This document shows, piece by piece, positions 1 to 12,047 of a stretch of DNA of 43,231 nucleotides (within the stretch, counting starts at the first letter, position 1; each line of letters begins with the position of its first letter). Source of the stretch: Chiloscyllium plagiosum (taxonomy: Eukaryota); NCBI RefSeq assembly GCF_004010195.1, contig NC_057754.1:10195060-10238290 (forward strand), in the 5' to 3' direction. The notes under the pieces are model-generated. The model worked only from the letters and a program-made list of their open reading frames with translations, did not search any database and was not told the origin of the DNA. The translations under genes and the position numbers were made by a program.

Positions 1-730
1 CTTTCCAAATACATGTACATCCTGTCCCTCAGGATTCCCTCCAACAACTTGTCCACCACCAACATCAGACTCACTGGTCTATAGTTCCCTGGCTTGTCCT
101 CACCACCTTTCTTAAACAGTGGCACCATGTTAGCCAACCTCCAATCTTCCGGCATCTCACCTGTGACTATCGATGATACAAATATCTCAGCAAGAGGCCC
201 AGCAATCACTTCTCTAGCTTCCCACAGAGTTCTAGGGTACACCTGATCAGGTCCTGAGGATTTATCCACCTTTATCCATTTCAAGACATCCAGCACTTCC
301 TCCTCAGTAACATGGACATTTTACAAGGTGTCACCATCTATTTCCCTACAGTCTATATCTTCCATATCCTCTTCCACAGTAAATACTGATGCAAAATATT
401 TGCCAAAGCTATCGCATGTCCCCTTTTTGCCCTCCTGATTTCCCTCTTAAGTATACTCCTAATTCCTTTATACTCTTCTAAGGATTCACTCGATCGATCC
501 TATCTATACCGTACATAAGTTTCCTTCTTTTTCTTAACCAAACCCTCAATTTCTTTAGTCATCCAGCATTCCCTATAACTACCAGCCTTTCCTTTCACCC
601 TAACAGGGATTTACTTTCTCTGGATTTTCGTTATCTCATTTCTGAAGGCTTCCCATTTTCCAGCCGTCCCTTTACCTGTGAATATCTGCCCCTACTCAGC
701 CTTTGAAAGTTCTTGCCTAATACCGTCAAC
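1..730 (-). mobile_element. CR1/HER1-type LINE ORF2 fragment (EN-RT linker and start of RT)
   Basis: Minus strand reads KVDKSSGPDQVYPRTLWEAREVIAGPLAEIFVSSIVTGEMPEDWRLANMVPLFKKGGEDKPGNYRPVSL, a typical CR1 ORF2 segment; internally deleted. Confidence 0.92.
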
Positions 731-734
731 ATCT

Positions 735-1515
735 TCCTCATCAAAATGTGGCAGAGTTTTGACAAATTTATGTATATCACTGTCTTCTCTTTTAGTATCC
801 GTCCTGTTAACTTGATTTTGCTAAGCCACAACTTCTCAAGTTCAAATTCTCTCTCTTTTTGTCTCTCCCTTTCTTCTCTCTCTTTGCTCAGCTAAAAACC
901 TTCTCTCTCTCTTTCCTCTCTCTCCACTCTCTCTTTATTTATCTTCTAAGACCATTTTCCTCAATTGTAACTGAAGTTTTTCTGCCTCTACTGCACTTGT
1001 CTGTTTCGCTGACACACTCAAGTGTTTGAGTAACCACTTTACAATTTCAGCTTTACTTTTGTCCTTGGTTAAATCCAAATGTAACTTATTTGCTCATTCT
1101 AAAAGTATGGTCTTTTTCTTTCCTTCTAAACTTTAGATTAGATTAGATTACTTTACAGTGTGGAAACAGGCCCTTCGGCCCAACAAGTTCACACCGACCC
1201 GCCGAAGCGCAACCCACCCATACCCCTACATTTACCCCTTACCTGACACTACGGGCAATTTAGCATAGCCAATTCACCTGACCTGCACATCTTTGGACTG
1301 TGGGAGGAAACCGGAGCACCCGGAGGAAACCCACGCAGACACAGGGAGAACGTGCAAACTCCACACAGTCAGTCGCCTGAGGTGGGAATTGAACCCGGGT
1401 CTCTGGCGCTGTGAGGCAGCAGTGCTAACCACTGTGCCACCATGCTGCCCTAAGGTCACCCCTCGGCCTTGACGAATTTGAGAATCCCCGAACCCCTAGC
1501 AATTTTAAGAACCAT
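735..1515 (-). mobile_element. Gmr1-like gypsy LTR retrotransposon gag N-terminal remnant (interrupted by a SINE, truncated by CR1)
   Basis: ATG at 1515 (MVLKIARG..), then KAEIVKWLLKHL, an E/R-rich coiled coil (EREFELEKL) and FVKTLPHFDEEDV in shifting frames; lies just downstream of an LTR and PBS. Confidence 0.7.
1134..1450 (-). mobile_element. HE1-type tRNA-derived SINE, full length
   Basis: Minus strand begins GGGCAGCATGGTGGCACAGTGGTTAGCAC (A box), has GGTTCAATTCCC (B box), a LINE-derived 3' end and a (TAATC)n tail; near-identical to 25930-26249. Confidence 0.93.
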
Positions 1516-1676
1516 TTCTATCACTATTAATTTAATCAACCACAAGTCACCAAAATTAAACAAATTGTCTCACCTACATTTTCTTTAAAGATCTAGGACA
1601 CTAACTTGCAAATGTATGAATCTGCTGGGAGTTTCATACCCCCATATCTATTCAAATCTGTCTAAACCAGTTCAGA

Positions 1677-1695
1677 TCACAGACCTGAGCCCCCA
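1677..1695 (-). other. Primer-binding site, tRNA-Pro-like (degenerate)
   Basis: TGGGGGCTCAGGTCTGTGAT begins 3 nt after the LTR end TAACA; the canonical PBS-Pro is TGGGGGCTCGTCCGGGAT. Confidence 0.7.
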
Positions 1696-1698
1696 AAC

Positions 1699-2410
1699 TG
1701 TTACGACATGAGGTAAACCCTCCTGCTTAATTTAAAACCAGCAACACAGAAAAGATTTATCCCGTGCAGAAATATCGAGTGGTTAAGAACTATTTAAAGT
1801 AAAAATTAACAACTTTATTTCTTCAAGTATAACAGAGAATAATTAACTGACAACTTTGTATAAGTCCTTGCTCTAACCAATCTTTTACCTTCCCTTCTAT
1901 AATACTAGTCCGATAAAACTCCCAATGGCGATTTACAAAACAACCCTTCTTATCTCAAAGCCAGGCAGAATTCAGTTCTTCTATTTGGATCTTCCTGTGT
2001 ATTCTTTTCTTCTTCTTCTTTGGGATTTCTGCATCACAGGTTACTGATTGAGAAAGGTACTTTTAAGAGAGCCATTGTTCAAGCAGTCTTTTACCCGCTG
2101 GGGCTTGGTGATTCTCCTCCCAACTGTTCAGTTTGTTCCCGGTCTTATACCCCAGACCATCAGATTGTGTCATTGGCTTTTAAGATTGTCAATATACTCA
2201 ATTCAAACTTGATTGAAAATAGGTTTTTTTTTGGTGAATAATTTAAGCTGATTGGCTGAATTAAAATCTGTTTTTTTGTCATTTCCAGACAACCAACTAC
2301 TCCAGTGCCTGGAGCCCATGTTACATTGTGTCTTACTGAGAACACTTAGTGATGTCACTGCTAGCTTTTAACTCTCTTGAAAGGTATAGTTCACCCACAT
2401 CTTCATAACA
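1699..2410 (-). mobile_element. 5' LTR of the Gmr1-like gypsy element (712 bp)
   Basis: TGTTA...TAACA inverted termini at 1699 and 2410; minus-strand TATAA near 2145-2149 and AATAAA at 1814-1819; followed by PBS and gag. Confidence 0.8.
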
Positions 2411-4068
2411 ATATAAATGACAATCAATCAAAAGAGAACCCAGAACTGATCCTTGTGGAACACCGCTGGTCACAGGCCTCCAGTCCAAAAAGCAACCCCC
2501 CTCTACCCTCTGTCTCCTGCCATTAAGCCAGTTATGTATCCAATTAGCAAGCTCAACCCAAATTCCATGTAACCTAACTTTACTAATTAGTCCACCATGT
2601 GGAACCTTGTCAAAGGCTTTACTAAAATTCAAATAAACGACACCTAGTGCTTTGCCATCATCAACCTATTTGGTAACTTCTACAAAAAACTCATCTGTTA
2701 TGGAAGGCTTATCCTTTCCATAACCATTTTGAAACTAAGAGAATGATGATCGCGAGAGCCAAAGTGCTCCCCCACTTTTAGTTCAGTCACCTACCCTGCC
2801 TTATTGCCCAAAAGAAGGCCTGGTTTTGCTCCTTCTCTAGCAGGAGCACCCACATATTGATAAAGAAAAGTTTCTTGAAAGTTTGACAAGTTCTTCACCA
2901 TCCATACCTTTAACACTATGATAGATCCAGTCAATGTTTGGAAAGTTAAAATCCCCCACTACTACAATCTTATTATCCTTACATATATTGGAGATCTTCC
3001 TACATATTTGTTTCTCAATTTCTCTTTCACCATTGGGGGGAACTCTACAGTACAATCCCATCAAAGTGATCTTTCCTTTCTTATTTGTAATTTCTACCCA
3101 TATATTTTCATTGACCACTTTTTCAGAAATATCTTCCCTAATTATAGCAGTAATGTATTCCTTAATGAAAAACGCCACTCCTACCCCTTCCTTTCTTTCC
3201 TACTTTTCTATCTTTCCTTACAGCATCTAAAACCCGGAACAATGAGCTACCAGTCTTGCCCATCTCTCAGCCACTTTTCCACAATAGCTATGATGTCCCA
3301 ATCCCATGTTCTTAAATATGCTCTAAGTTCATCAACGTTCCCTGTAGGACTCCGTGCATTGAAATGAATGAGTTTAGTTCTTCAGAGTTATTATATATTC
3401 TTGACTCTCTCATATATCTTTTCTAATTGACATGCTCTCCTCAAATTCAGAACCGTTCCCCCTTCAATCCTTCCAGTTACACTGCTACTTAGAATTCCTC
3501 CACTCGCCTTCTCCCTCAGTACAAAGTCTCCCTTAATAGAATGAGCAAATCTCCCTGCTAAAATATTGGTCTCTTTCCAGTTTAGGTTCGACCCATCCTT
3601 TTTGAACAGGCCTTTCAATTGCAACAGACATTCCAGTTGTCCAAAAACCTAAATCCCTGAACAATGCACCAGCTCTCAGCCATTGATTTATCTCCTTTAA
3701 CCTTTTGTTCCTTCCCTCGTTTGAGTTTGGCATTGGGAGTAAACCACAAATGACTACTTTTAAAGTTTTTATTTGTTAATCTTCTACCTAATCTAAAATT
3801 CTCTCTGTACGGTTTTAATCTTTTCCCTACAAATTTCATCCCTACCAATGTGTACAATAATTTCTGCCTTCTCAGTCTAGGCTTTAACAATATGCTCGAA
3901 ATATTTAGCGTTGTCCTTAATCCTAGCACCAGGAAAGCTGCAAACCTTCGTAAATTTACGCTCACAGCCACAGAATCGCCTGTCTGTGCCCCTGACTGGA
4001 TGGTCCCGATAACAACAATTATATTAAACGTTGTTGTGGTTCTGTTCGCCGAGCTGGGAATTTGTGTT

Positions 4069-4108
4069 GCAGACGTTTCGTCCCCTGTCTTGGTGACATC
4101 CTCAGTGC
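4069..4108 (-). ncRNA. Minimal type I hammerhead ribozyme motif (PLE family A)
   Basis: Minus strand GCA-CTGAGGA-T-GTCACCAAGACAGGGGAC-GAAAC-GTC-TGC: conserved core, stem II GTC/GAC, stem I GCA/TGC. Confidence 0.75.
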
Positions 4109-4388
4109 TTGGGAGCCTCCTGTGAAGCGCTTCTGTGATCTTTCCTCCGGCATTTATAGTGGTTTGAATCTGCCGCTTCCGGTTGTCAGTTCCAGCAGTC
4201 CGCTGCAGTGGTCGGTATATTGGGTCCAGGTCGATGTGCTTATTGATTGAATCTGTGGATGAGTGCCATGCCTCTAGGAATTCCCTGGCTGTTCTCTGTT
4301 CTCTAGGAATTCCTAGAGAAGCGGCAGATACAAATCACTATAAATGCCGGAGGAAAGATCACAGAAGCGCTTCACAGGAGGCTCCCAA

Positions 4389-4428
4389 GCACTGAGGATG
4401 TCACCTAGATAGGGGACGAAACGTCTGC
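4389..4428 (+). ncRNA. Minimal type I hammerhead ribozyme motif (PLE family A)
   Basis: GCA-CTGAGGA-T-GTC-A-CCT-AGAT-AGG-G-GAC-GAAAC-GTC-TGC; CUGANGA and GAAA boxes, GUC cleavage triplet, palindromic ACGT stem III. Confidence 0.8.
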
Positions 4429-4789
4429 AACACAAATTCCCAGCTCGACGAACAGAACCACAACAATGAGCACCCGAGCTACAAATCTTCTCACAGACTT
4501 GTATTAAATGTTGTCTACCTAACTTAAGAATCTTTCCAAGTGTCCAACAACTGACCGGCCCTTCCAGTTTCCTCGTAGAAACTATTGCCTTCAACATTTC
4601 CAAAAACTGAATAACTATTTAATAGAGGAATAGCCATTGGAGACTTCTGAACGATCTTCTTACTTTTCCTGACAGTCACCCACCTATCTGAATAATCCTG
4701 CTGGGTAATAACTTTTCCAAACCTACTAGCCATCTCATTCTGTACCTTACATATGGCCTTCTTAACAGTAGGCACAGAAAGCAAGGACA

Positions 4790-5872
4790 TGGGGAAATCT
4801 GCCTGTCTGAATACAGAATTGGCTGGCCCACAGAAAACAGAGGATGGTAGTTGACGGAAAGTATTCAGCCTGGAGCTTGGTGACTAGTGGTATTCACAGG
4901 GATCTGTTCTGGGACCTCTGCTCTTTGTGACTTTAATAAATGGCTTGGATGAGAAAGTGGAAGGCTGGGTTAGTAAGTTTGCCGATAACACGTAGGTTGG
5001 AGGAGTTGTGGATAGTGTGGAGGGCTGTTGTAGGTTGCAACGGGACATTGACAGGATGCAGAGCTGAGCTGAAAACTGGCAGTTGGAGTTCAAACTGGAA
5101 AAATATGAAGTGATTCATTTTGGAAGGTCAAATATGAATACAGATTGCAGGGTTAAAGGCAGGATTATTGGCAATATGGGGGAACAGAGGGATCTTGGGT
5201 CAATGTACATAGATCCCTCAAAGCTGCCATCCAAGATTATAGGGTTATTAAGAAAGTATATGATGTGTTGGCTTTGATTAGCAGGGGGTTTGAGTGTAAG
5301 AGCTGCAAGGTTATGCTGCAGCTCTGTAAAGCCCTGGTTACACCACACTTGGAATACTGCGTTCAGTTCTGGTCGCCTCATTATATGGAGGATGTGGAAG
5401 CTTTAGAGAGGGTGCAGAGGAGATTTACAAGATGCTGCCTGGACTGGAGGGCATGTCTTATGAAGAAAGGTTGAGGGAACTAGGACTTTTCTCATTGGAG
5501 CAAAGAAGGATGAGAGGTGACTTGATAGAGGTATACAAGATGGTGAGAAGCATAAATAGACTGTATAGCCAGATACTTTTTCCCAGGGTAGAAAAGGCTA
5601 TCACACAGGGGCATAATTTTAATGTGATTGGAGGAAGGCTTAGAGGAGATTCAAAGGTAGGTTCCTTACAGAGAGAGTGATGGTGCATGGAATACACTGC
5701 CAGCAGTGGTAATAGAGTCAGATACATCAGGGACATTTGAGCGACTCTTGGATAGGCACATGGATGATAGTAAAATGTTGGGTATGTTGGTTAGTTTGAT
5801 CTTAGAGTAGGCTAAAAGGTCGGCACATCATCGACAGTGGAAGGGCCTGTACTGTGTGCTGTACTGTTCTTT
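4790..5872 (+). mobile_element. CR1 LINE 3' portion (RT C-terminus and 3' UTR)
   Basis: [56 protein letters not shown]; frameshifted; GGGCCTGTACTGTG-type 3' end. Confidence 0.92.
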
Positions 5873-7199
5873 GTAACACCTTAATTATAAAATAAACTAC
5901 CTTTCATTACCTACAGAAAATAAAGTGAAAATGGAAGAAAAACTTACAAATATATATATCAAACATATAAAACTTAAATAAAATCAATCACTGAACTGAA
6001 TAACTGAACAAAACAAATTCCTCTTCAGTAAATTCCTTGAAGAAGGAAAGTCTTCCCCAATTCTGACCATGTGTAAGACTCTCCGGAACGAAAACACAAC
6101 TCCTTACTTTCTAAACAAAAAACTGTTTGGCTTTTCAAAACCAAACCTTTACAATGTAAAAAAACGTCTAATAAACTTAACGGCTCTTTCAATTTCTGAA
6201 TTAGGAATAAAAAACACTCAGTCATTCACTGTAGACCCTTAAAAGCTCATTTTTAAAAAGTCAGTTTGAAAAAGAAATGCACTTTTTAAGTTGCTCCTCC
6301 AAGGTTGTACTGGACACACCATCCATCAAACCTTTAAGGCAGAAGTAGACAGATTCTTTTTCATAGTGTAGGGAATCAAAGACTTGCATTGGGTGGATAG
6401 GAATGTGAAATTCAAACTCAAGCATATGAGCAATGATCTCTGATAGTGATTCACAAAAATGGAATAAAAACCTGCAGGTTCCACATTTGTAGCTATTTTC
6501 TGGAAGCAGATTTAGATTTATGGCAGCTCTTGCAAATATTGGTTTCTGAAACCATCTGGAATACCGTAGGTAGATGCACTGCCCTGTATCCTCCTTACAA
6601 TGTCAGTCTGAGCTGTTGGTATGATTGGAGGAGGATATCCTCTTTAGCAAAAGATCGGCTCAATCTTGATGAACTGGAAAAGTAATATTACATATTACTG
6701 AGCAGTTAGTTGATTGCATCCGAATTATCTGATCGGCTCTTGAGAGCTTTTCAGATTCAAGTTAAGACTAGAAGCACCTTATTAGGTTAGCTACTGAGAA
6801 CAATCACTGAAGCATGACACCCCTCTGGAGAACTTTTGTGGAACTCAAAGGAGAAGTATTGGTTAGTTCCTCCCAGGACTAATATTTTATCCTGATGGAG
6901 AATGCTTCTTTTCTGATGTCAGTTTACTCTTCCAGGTACTAAGTGCCCATAAGACAACCTCCATTTTGGATTGCAGTGGGGCTAATAGATGGCCACACTG
7001 TATGCTTGAGAGACTGACATTGCCCAGACTCTATCAAAATAACACCATGACAGAGTTGAATTAGATGATGAAACCTCAACTGTTGAACTCAAATTCTATT
7101 GATTACTGAGCAAACAAAGGTCCCAGCAATGATGGAGTTCCAGCTGAACCATTCAACTGAAGACATATATATTTCTTCACATATAAAGAATACCATATA

Positions 7200-7358
7200 G
7201 AGAGGAACCTCGATAATTCGAAGGACACTGGCGGGGAGTATTTCGTTTGGTTAATCAAATTCCAGATAATCGAATGCCATATAACATAGTTCAGCCAAGC
7301 ATTGGGATCTTGCACTCTTGCCAGATAATCCAATATTTGGATAATTGAGATTCCTCTG
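7200..7358. mobile_element. Tigger/pogo-like MITE
   Basis: TA-GAGAGGAACCTCGATAATTCGAA ... TTGGATAATTGAGATTCCTCTG-TA: imperfect terminal inverted repeats with TA flanks. Confidence 0.75.
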
Positions 7359-7447
7359 TATAATTTATATACAGTTGCTGCAAGCGTGGAGCGGAGGATC
7401 TTGAAGGAGAACTGTTCCTGGTGTTTTTGAATCTGTAGTCTGTACTG

Positions 7448-7613
7448 TTTGCCCGAAACGTCGATTTTGCTGCTCGTCGGATGCTGCCTAAATTGCCCGT
7501 AGTGTTAGGTAAGGGGTAAATGTCAGGATATGGTGGGTTGTGCTTCGGCAGGTCGGTGTGGACTTGTTGGGCCGAAGGTCCTGTTTCCATACTGTAAAGT
7601 AATCTAAAAAAAA
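7448..7613 (+). mobile_element. PLE family B 3'-end fragment (3' half of hammerhead) joined to the 3' half of an HE1 SINE
   Basis: TTTGCCCGAAACGTCGATTTTGCTGCTCGTCGGATGCTGCCT is followed directly by AAATTGCCCGTAGTGTTAGG...GGCCGAAGGTCCTGTTTCCATACTGTAAAGTAATCT. Confidence 0.75.
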
Positions 7614-7819
7614 ATACTATATACCACTACACCTTTCTGACCTGCTTTTTCTCTGTTAGTCTCATGGATTGTGTCTCACAAACTCCGTCTTCTTGTATCT
7701 GTCAGGAAAACAGGTTACGCGACATCTCCACCTTGCATCACACTAAATAACAACCTCCTGGAAGTGACCAAGGTCTTGGTTCTACAATGAGAGACAACCT
7801 CTTTTTTTTAAGCAGAAAT

Positions 7820-9060
7820 CAACACACAGACAAATGTGAGGTGGTACTTTGTGGTAGGAAGAATTAGGAGCTTAATCAGTGTTTTGGAAAGTTTGATACT
7901 CCGTAGGGCAGAGGAACCAAGGGAACTCAAAGTTGAAAAGACCCTCGTCACAAAATAAAGTTTAAATATAGGTCAGTAAGACCATGTAAGAAAATTAACA
8001 AGTGTACTTCTTTTCTGGTAGAAGTGAAAATAGGGGGATATGCCAAACCTTTGTCATACCTTGGTTAGACCAGCTTGGAGTACAGTGTGCTCCTCACAAT
8101 TCTAGTCACCATATTACAAAAAGGATAGAGAAGCAATGGTGTTGGTGCAGGGAAGATTCACAGAAGTAACAATAGTAATAAGTGAATTTGAAAATTCGGA
8201 AAGATTTAACAGAATGGCTCCTTTTCTCGAAAATAATTAAGGCAGAGGATTATCCAATAGAAGAATCCTTTAAGATTATGAACGTTTTTGATGGAGAGTT
8301 TTCAGATTATTCATTTCTGAGGAAGAAAACTAGAGCCCATCAATATCAGACAGTCTCCAAGAAACTGTACGGGCAGTTCAAAAGAAATGTTTTTACTGAG
8401 GGAGTGATGAGGTTATGGAACTCACGACCATGGGAGTGGCTGAAGTGAATGATATTTATGCATTTATGAGGAGAATAGACATACATATTAGTGAGAAGGG
8501 GAAATCAGATTACAATGATACATAGAAGCAAAGAATTTTACCGTATGGGGGAGGCTATTCACCCCAGCATGTCTGCCAGCTTCTGAAAGACCAGCCCACC
8601 GCGTACAAATGGAAAGGCAGGAGGAGGTTGTGGAGCATAAACCTGGCCTAGACTGGCTGGGTTGATGAGACTAATTCTATGCTTTATGTCCTATGTCTAC
8701 TGACCATCCAAAACAAAGAGGTTTCAGAGGGATATGGGCAGGATACGCAAGTTAGTGGTCAAAAACTTGGCAGGTGGAATGTAATGTGGGAAACTGTAAG
8801 GATACTCATTTTGGCAGGAAGAATAGAGGAGCTGAATATTGTTTAAATAAAGAAAGACTGCACAAAGCTGGAGAACAGAGGGATTTGGGGTCCTCTGGCA
8901 TAAACCACAAAAAGCAAGCATGCAAGTTGTAAGGGTAATAGAGAAGGCAAATGCAGCATTGGCCTTGATTTCAAAAGGTATGCAGCATATAGAGTGGGGA
9001 AGTCTTGCTCAAACTATTCAAGACTCTCAATAGACCACACCTGGAATACTATGAACAGAT
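7820..9060 (+). mobile_element. Old, degraded CR1 3' fragments
   Basis: Residual GTTAGACCAGCTTGGAGTACAGTGTG and AGACCACACCTGGAATACT (RPHLEY) motifs; KRNVFTEGVMRLWNS. Confidence 0.7.
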
Positions 9061-9593
9061 CAACACTCCATTAGTCTCCAGTATTCACACTATAATGAGA
9101 ATCACAGGAGATTTGACCTGCTGAAAGTTTAAGGTGTAGACAATAACGTTGTGAACTTTCTCTGCTGATCTTGTGTAAAAGGGCTGCTGTATATAAATGC
9201 GTTTGGTCTTGTGTCATACTTCAGTGAGACTGATCACATCCCTTGTTAGTGAGGATGCACAAACATAACTCAGACACAGATTGTGTTGCACTTCACTGAG
9301 GTTTGATCATTTCTCCAGCAAATAACTATTGTCTGTGAATGTGCGTTTAGAATCCTCTTGGAACACTGTTAGAAGCTTAACAGTGCAGCATCTATTTTTG
9401 AAATAATGTTTGAAATCGTTTCTTTTTCACAAATCTGTGGATATATTACCAAGACAGATTTAGAACATAGAACATTTGTTTTTTCATATATTCAGAATAT
9501 TAAACTTCACCCCAGTTACTGGGATTTTACATAAGCAGAAATAAACTGAACTGTCATAATGAAGACAGTACAATCCTGGAAGTGATTTTTTTT

Positions 9594-9927
9594 TAGATGA
9601 GATTAGATTAGATTCCAAACAGTATGGAAACAGGCTCTTCGGACCAACAAGTCCGCATCGACCTTCCGAAGAGTAACCCACCCAGACCTATCCTATAGTT
9701 ACCCCTGACTAATGCACCTAACACGATGGGCAATTTAGTATGGTTAATTCACCTAACCTGCACATCATTTGTGATTGTGGGAGGAAACTGGAGCACCTGG
9801 AGGAAACCCACGCAGACACGGGGAGAATGTGCAAATTCCACACAGACAGTCGCCCGAGGCAGGAATCGAACCCGGGTCCCTGGCGCTGTGAGGCAGCAGT
9901 GCTAACCACTGAGCCACCATGCTGCCC
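9594..9927 (-). mobile_element. HE1-type SINE, full length
   Basis: GGGCAGCATGGTGGCTCAGTGGTTAGCAC head, GGTTCGATTCC B box, (TAATC)n tail. Confidence 0.92.
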
Positions 9928-10149
9928 TTCTGTGTCATTTGTTCAAACATAAATTAAGTAACAGGGATTCAGTTTGTTCAAATATCTCAAACAGCTTTAT
10001 TAACTGGTTAGAATACAGCTTGCAGTTCCAGGTAAAGTGTACAATCTCCAGCTCACATGTTCCTTGCTAGACTGTACACAGCAACCAGTAATATGATTCC
10101 ACCCTGGTTCTTAGCTCATTAACAACCATAGCTTTGAAGGTGTTGACAC

Positions 10150-10655
10150 TGCAGTTAGTAACAGTATTCAATCCCTGCACAGCACTTGTGACTCACTGAT
10201 TTGCAGTAAATGAAGTGACTGAGTAAATCTCTACGCACACACAGACCAGGTGAAAAGTCGGCCATCTGTGACAACATTGTTGTGATTTTGGTAGACAAAA
10301 TTTCCTTTTAAAACTCTACTTGTAGGTCTTTGAAAACATCGGTTACTGGTTTGAATACATTGCTGTATACTGATGTGGAGTGTGTCTCATCCCACACCTT
10401 GACAGGTGAACTGCCTCTGTCCAGTGTGTGTGTGTGCTGGTGAACACTGATCCCACGTGATCACCTGAACCCAGTTCCACAATGAGAACACACACTCCTC
10501 AGTGCGAAAAGACTGATTGTACAGCAGCTGCCCAGAATCTTTACAGCTTGTGTCCAGGAATCACTGAATTGCTTCATGCACTGAGAGCAGATGAATGGTG
10601 TGGAACCGATCTGAATGCAGTGGTGCGCCCAGTGAATGTGGGAACTCTCATACAT
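10150..10655 (-). pseudogene. Decayed C2H2 zinc-finger exon
   Basis: Minus-strand remnants [23 protein letters not shown] and TGQRQFTC; many stops and frameshifts; its 3' end resembles the 3' end of the intact gene at 17313. Confidence 0.75.
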
Positions 10656-10659
10656 TCAG

Positions 10660-12040
10660 AGGCATATAGCAACAGGAATAGGCCATTGACCCTAGCCCAA
10701 CATTCAATACAATCAGGGCTGATCAAATACTGCAATGTCATTCATCCACCTCACCCGGTCACCTTATGATCTTATATCAGCAAGGATGCACAAGACAATG
10801 AGATATAGGCCATTCAGCCCATCACATCTGCAGTGCCATTCGAGCATGGCTGATATGTTTTTCAACTCCATTCATCTGCTTTTCCCCCTTACCAATCAAG
10901 AAGCTGTCTACCTGTTTTAAAGGCACACAACAGCCTTTTGTGGTGATGGATTTGTGGAACTCATCACTCCCTGGCTGAAGAAATTCCTCCTCATCTCATA
11001 AGAACGAGGAGCAGGAGTAGTCCATCTGGCCTGTCAGGCCTGCTCCGCCATTCAATAAGATCATGGCGGATCTTTTCATGGACTCAGCTCCACTTAGCCA
11101 CCCACTCACCATAACTCTTAATTCCTTTACTGTTCAAAAGTCTATCTATCTTTGCCTTAGAAACATTCAACGAGGTACAGGTTGACAACACTTTATCCAA
11201 AAAGCTCTAAAATCAAAGATTTTTCCGGAACCTTTTTTTCTCAATAATGATGTTGTTTGTTGTGCAAATAGTTAACTCAACTCCACACCCACTCGACCGA
11301 CGTCCCTCAGGCGTGACATAGTGGTGTGGCCCAGCACAGGCAGGCATCAATTCTGTCTCAGTGCTCGTAATAATCACAGGTGAACCTGCTGTTGGTAAGT
11401 TTTCAAAATTTTACTATGAAAATGTCATTTAATCCTTTATCCAAAAAAATTCCGAAATCCGAAAGACAGCTGGTCCCAAGGGTTTCGGATAAAGGATTGT
11501 CTACCTGTAATGCCAACCGCTTCAATGGGCAGGCAGTCCACAGATTCACAACTCTTTGGGTGAAGAACTTCCTCCTAAATCTGCCCCCCTTATTCTGAGG
11601 CGATGCCCCCTCATTCTAGTTTCACCTGCCAGTGGAAACAATCTCCCTGCTTCTATCTTATCTATTCCCTTCATAATTTCATATGTTTTGATAAGCTTCC
11701 CCTCACTCTTCTAAATTCCAATAAATATAGTTCTAGATTACTCAATCTCTCCTCATAAATCAACTCTCTCAACTCTGGAATCAATCTAGTGAATCTCCTC
11801 TGCACTCCCTCCAGTGCTAATACATCCTTTCTCAAGTAAGGAGACCAAAACTGCACACAGTACTCAAGGTGTAGCCTCACCAGCACCTTATACAGCTGTA
11901 GCATAATCTCCCCATTTTTAAACTCTATCCCTCTAGCAATGAACAACAATGTTCCATTTGCCTTATTAATTACCTGCTGCACCTGTGATTCATGCACAAG
12001 GAAACCCAGGTTACTCTACATAGCAGCATGCTGCAATTTT
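10660..12040 (-). mobile_element. Nested CR1 3' ends (RT C-terminus and 3' UTRs)
   Basis: ORF 11671-11997 reads [41 protein letters not shown]; several AGGAGTAGGCCATTCAGCCC-type termini. Confidence 0.85.
11178..11507. mobile_element. Tigger4/MER46-like MITE inserted in CR1
   Basis: TA-CAGGTTGACAACACTTTATCCAAAA ... TTTCGGATAAAGGATTGTCTACCTG-TA; about 25 bp TIRs, TA target duplication, subterminal CCGAAATCCGAAA repeats. Confidence 0.85.
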
Positions 12041-12047
12041 TCATGAT

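Larger units (their letters stand above)
4030..4501. mobile_element. Penelope-like element (family A, Poseidon-like) 3' ends in inverted arrangement
   Basis: 4030-4298 is a minus copy (SINKHIDLDPIYRPLQ plus 3' UTR) and 4319-4501 a plus copy. Flanks TATTAAACGTTGT (4022-4034) and TATTAAATGTTGT (4502-4514) look like a TSD. Confidence 0.85.
2411..4790 (-). mobile_element. Decayed CR1 LINE: ORF1 esterase region, endonuclease and part of RT, with deletions and a PLE insertion
   Basis: [19 protein letters not shown] (RT, 2333-2632 ORF); VVVGDFNFPNIDW (APE endonuclease, 2837-3178); GFRFLDNW and LFKKDGSNLN (SGNH-like ORF1); WVTVRK..PMAIPLLNSYSV (ORF1). Confidence 0.88.
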
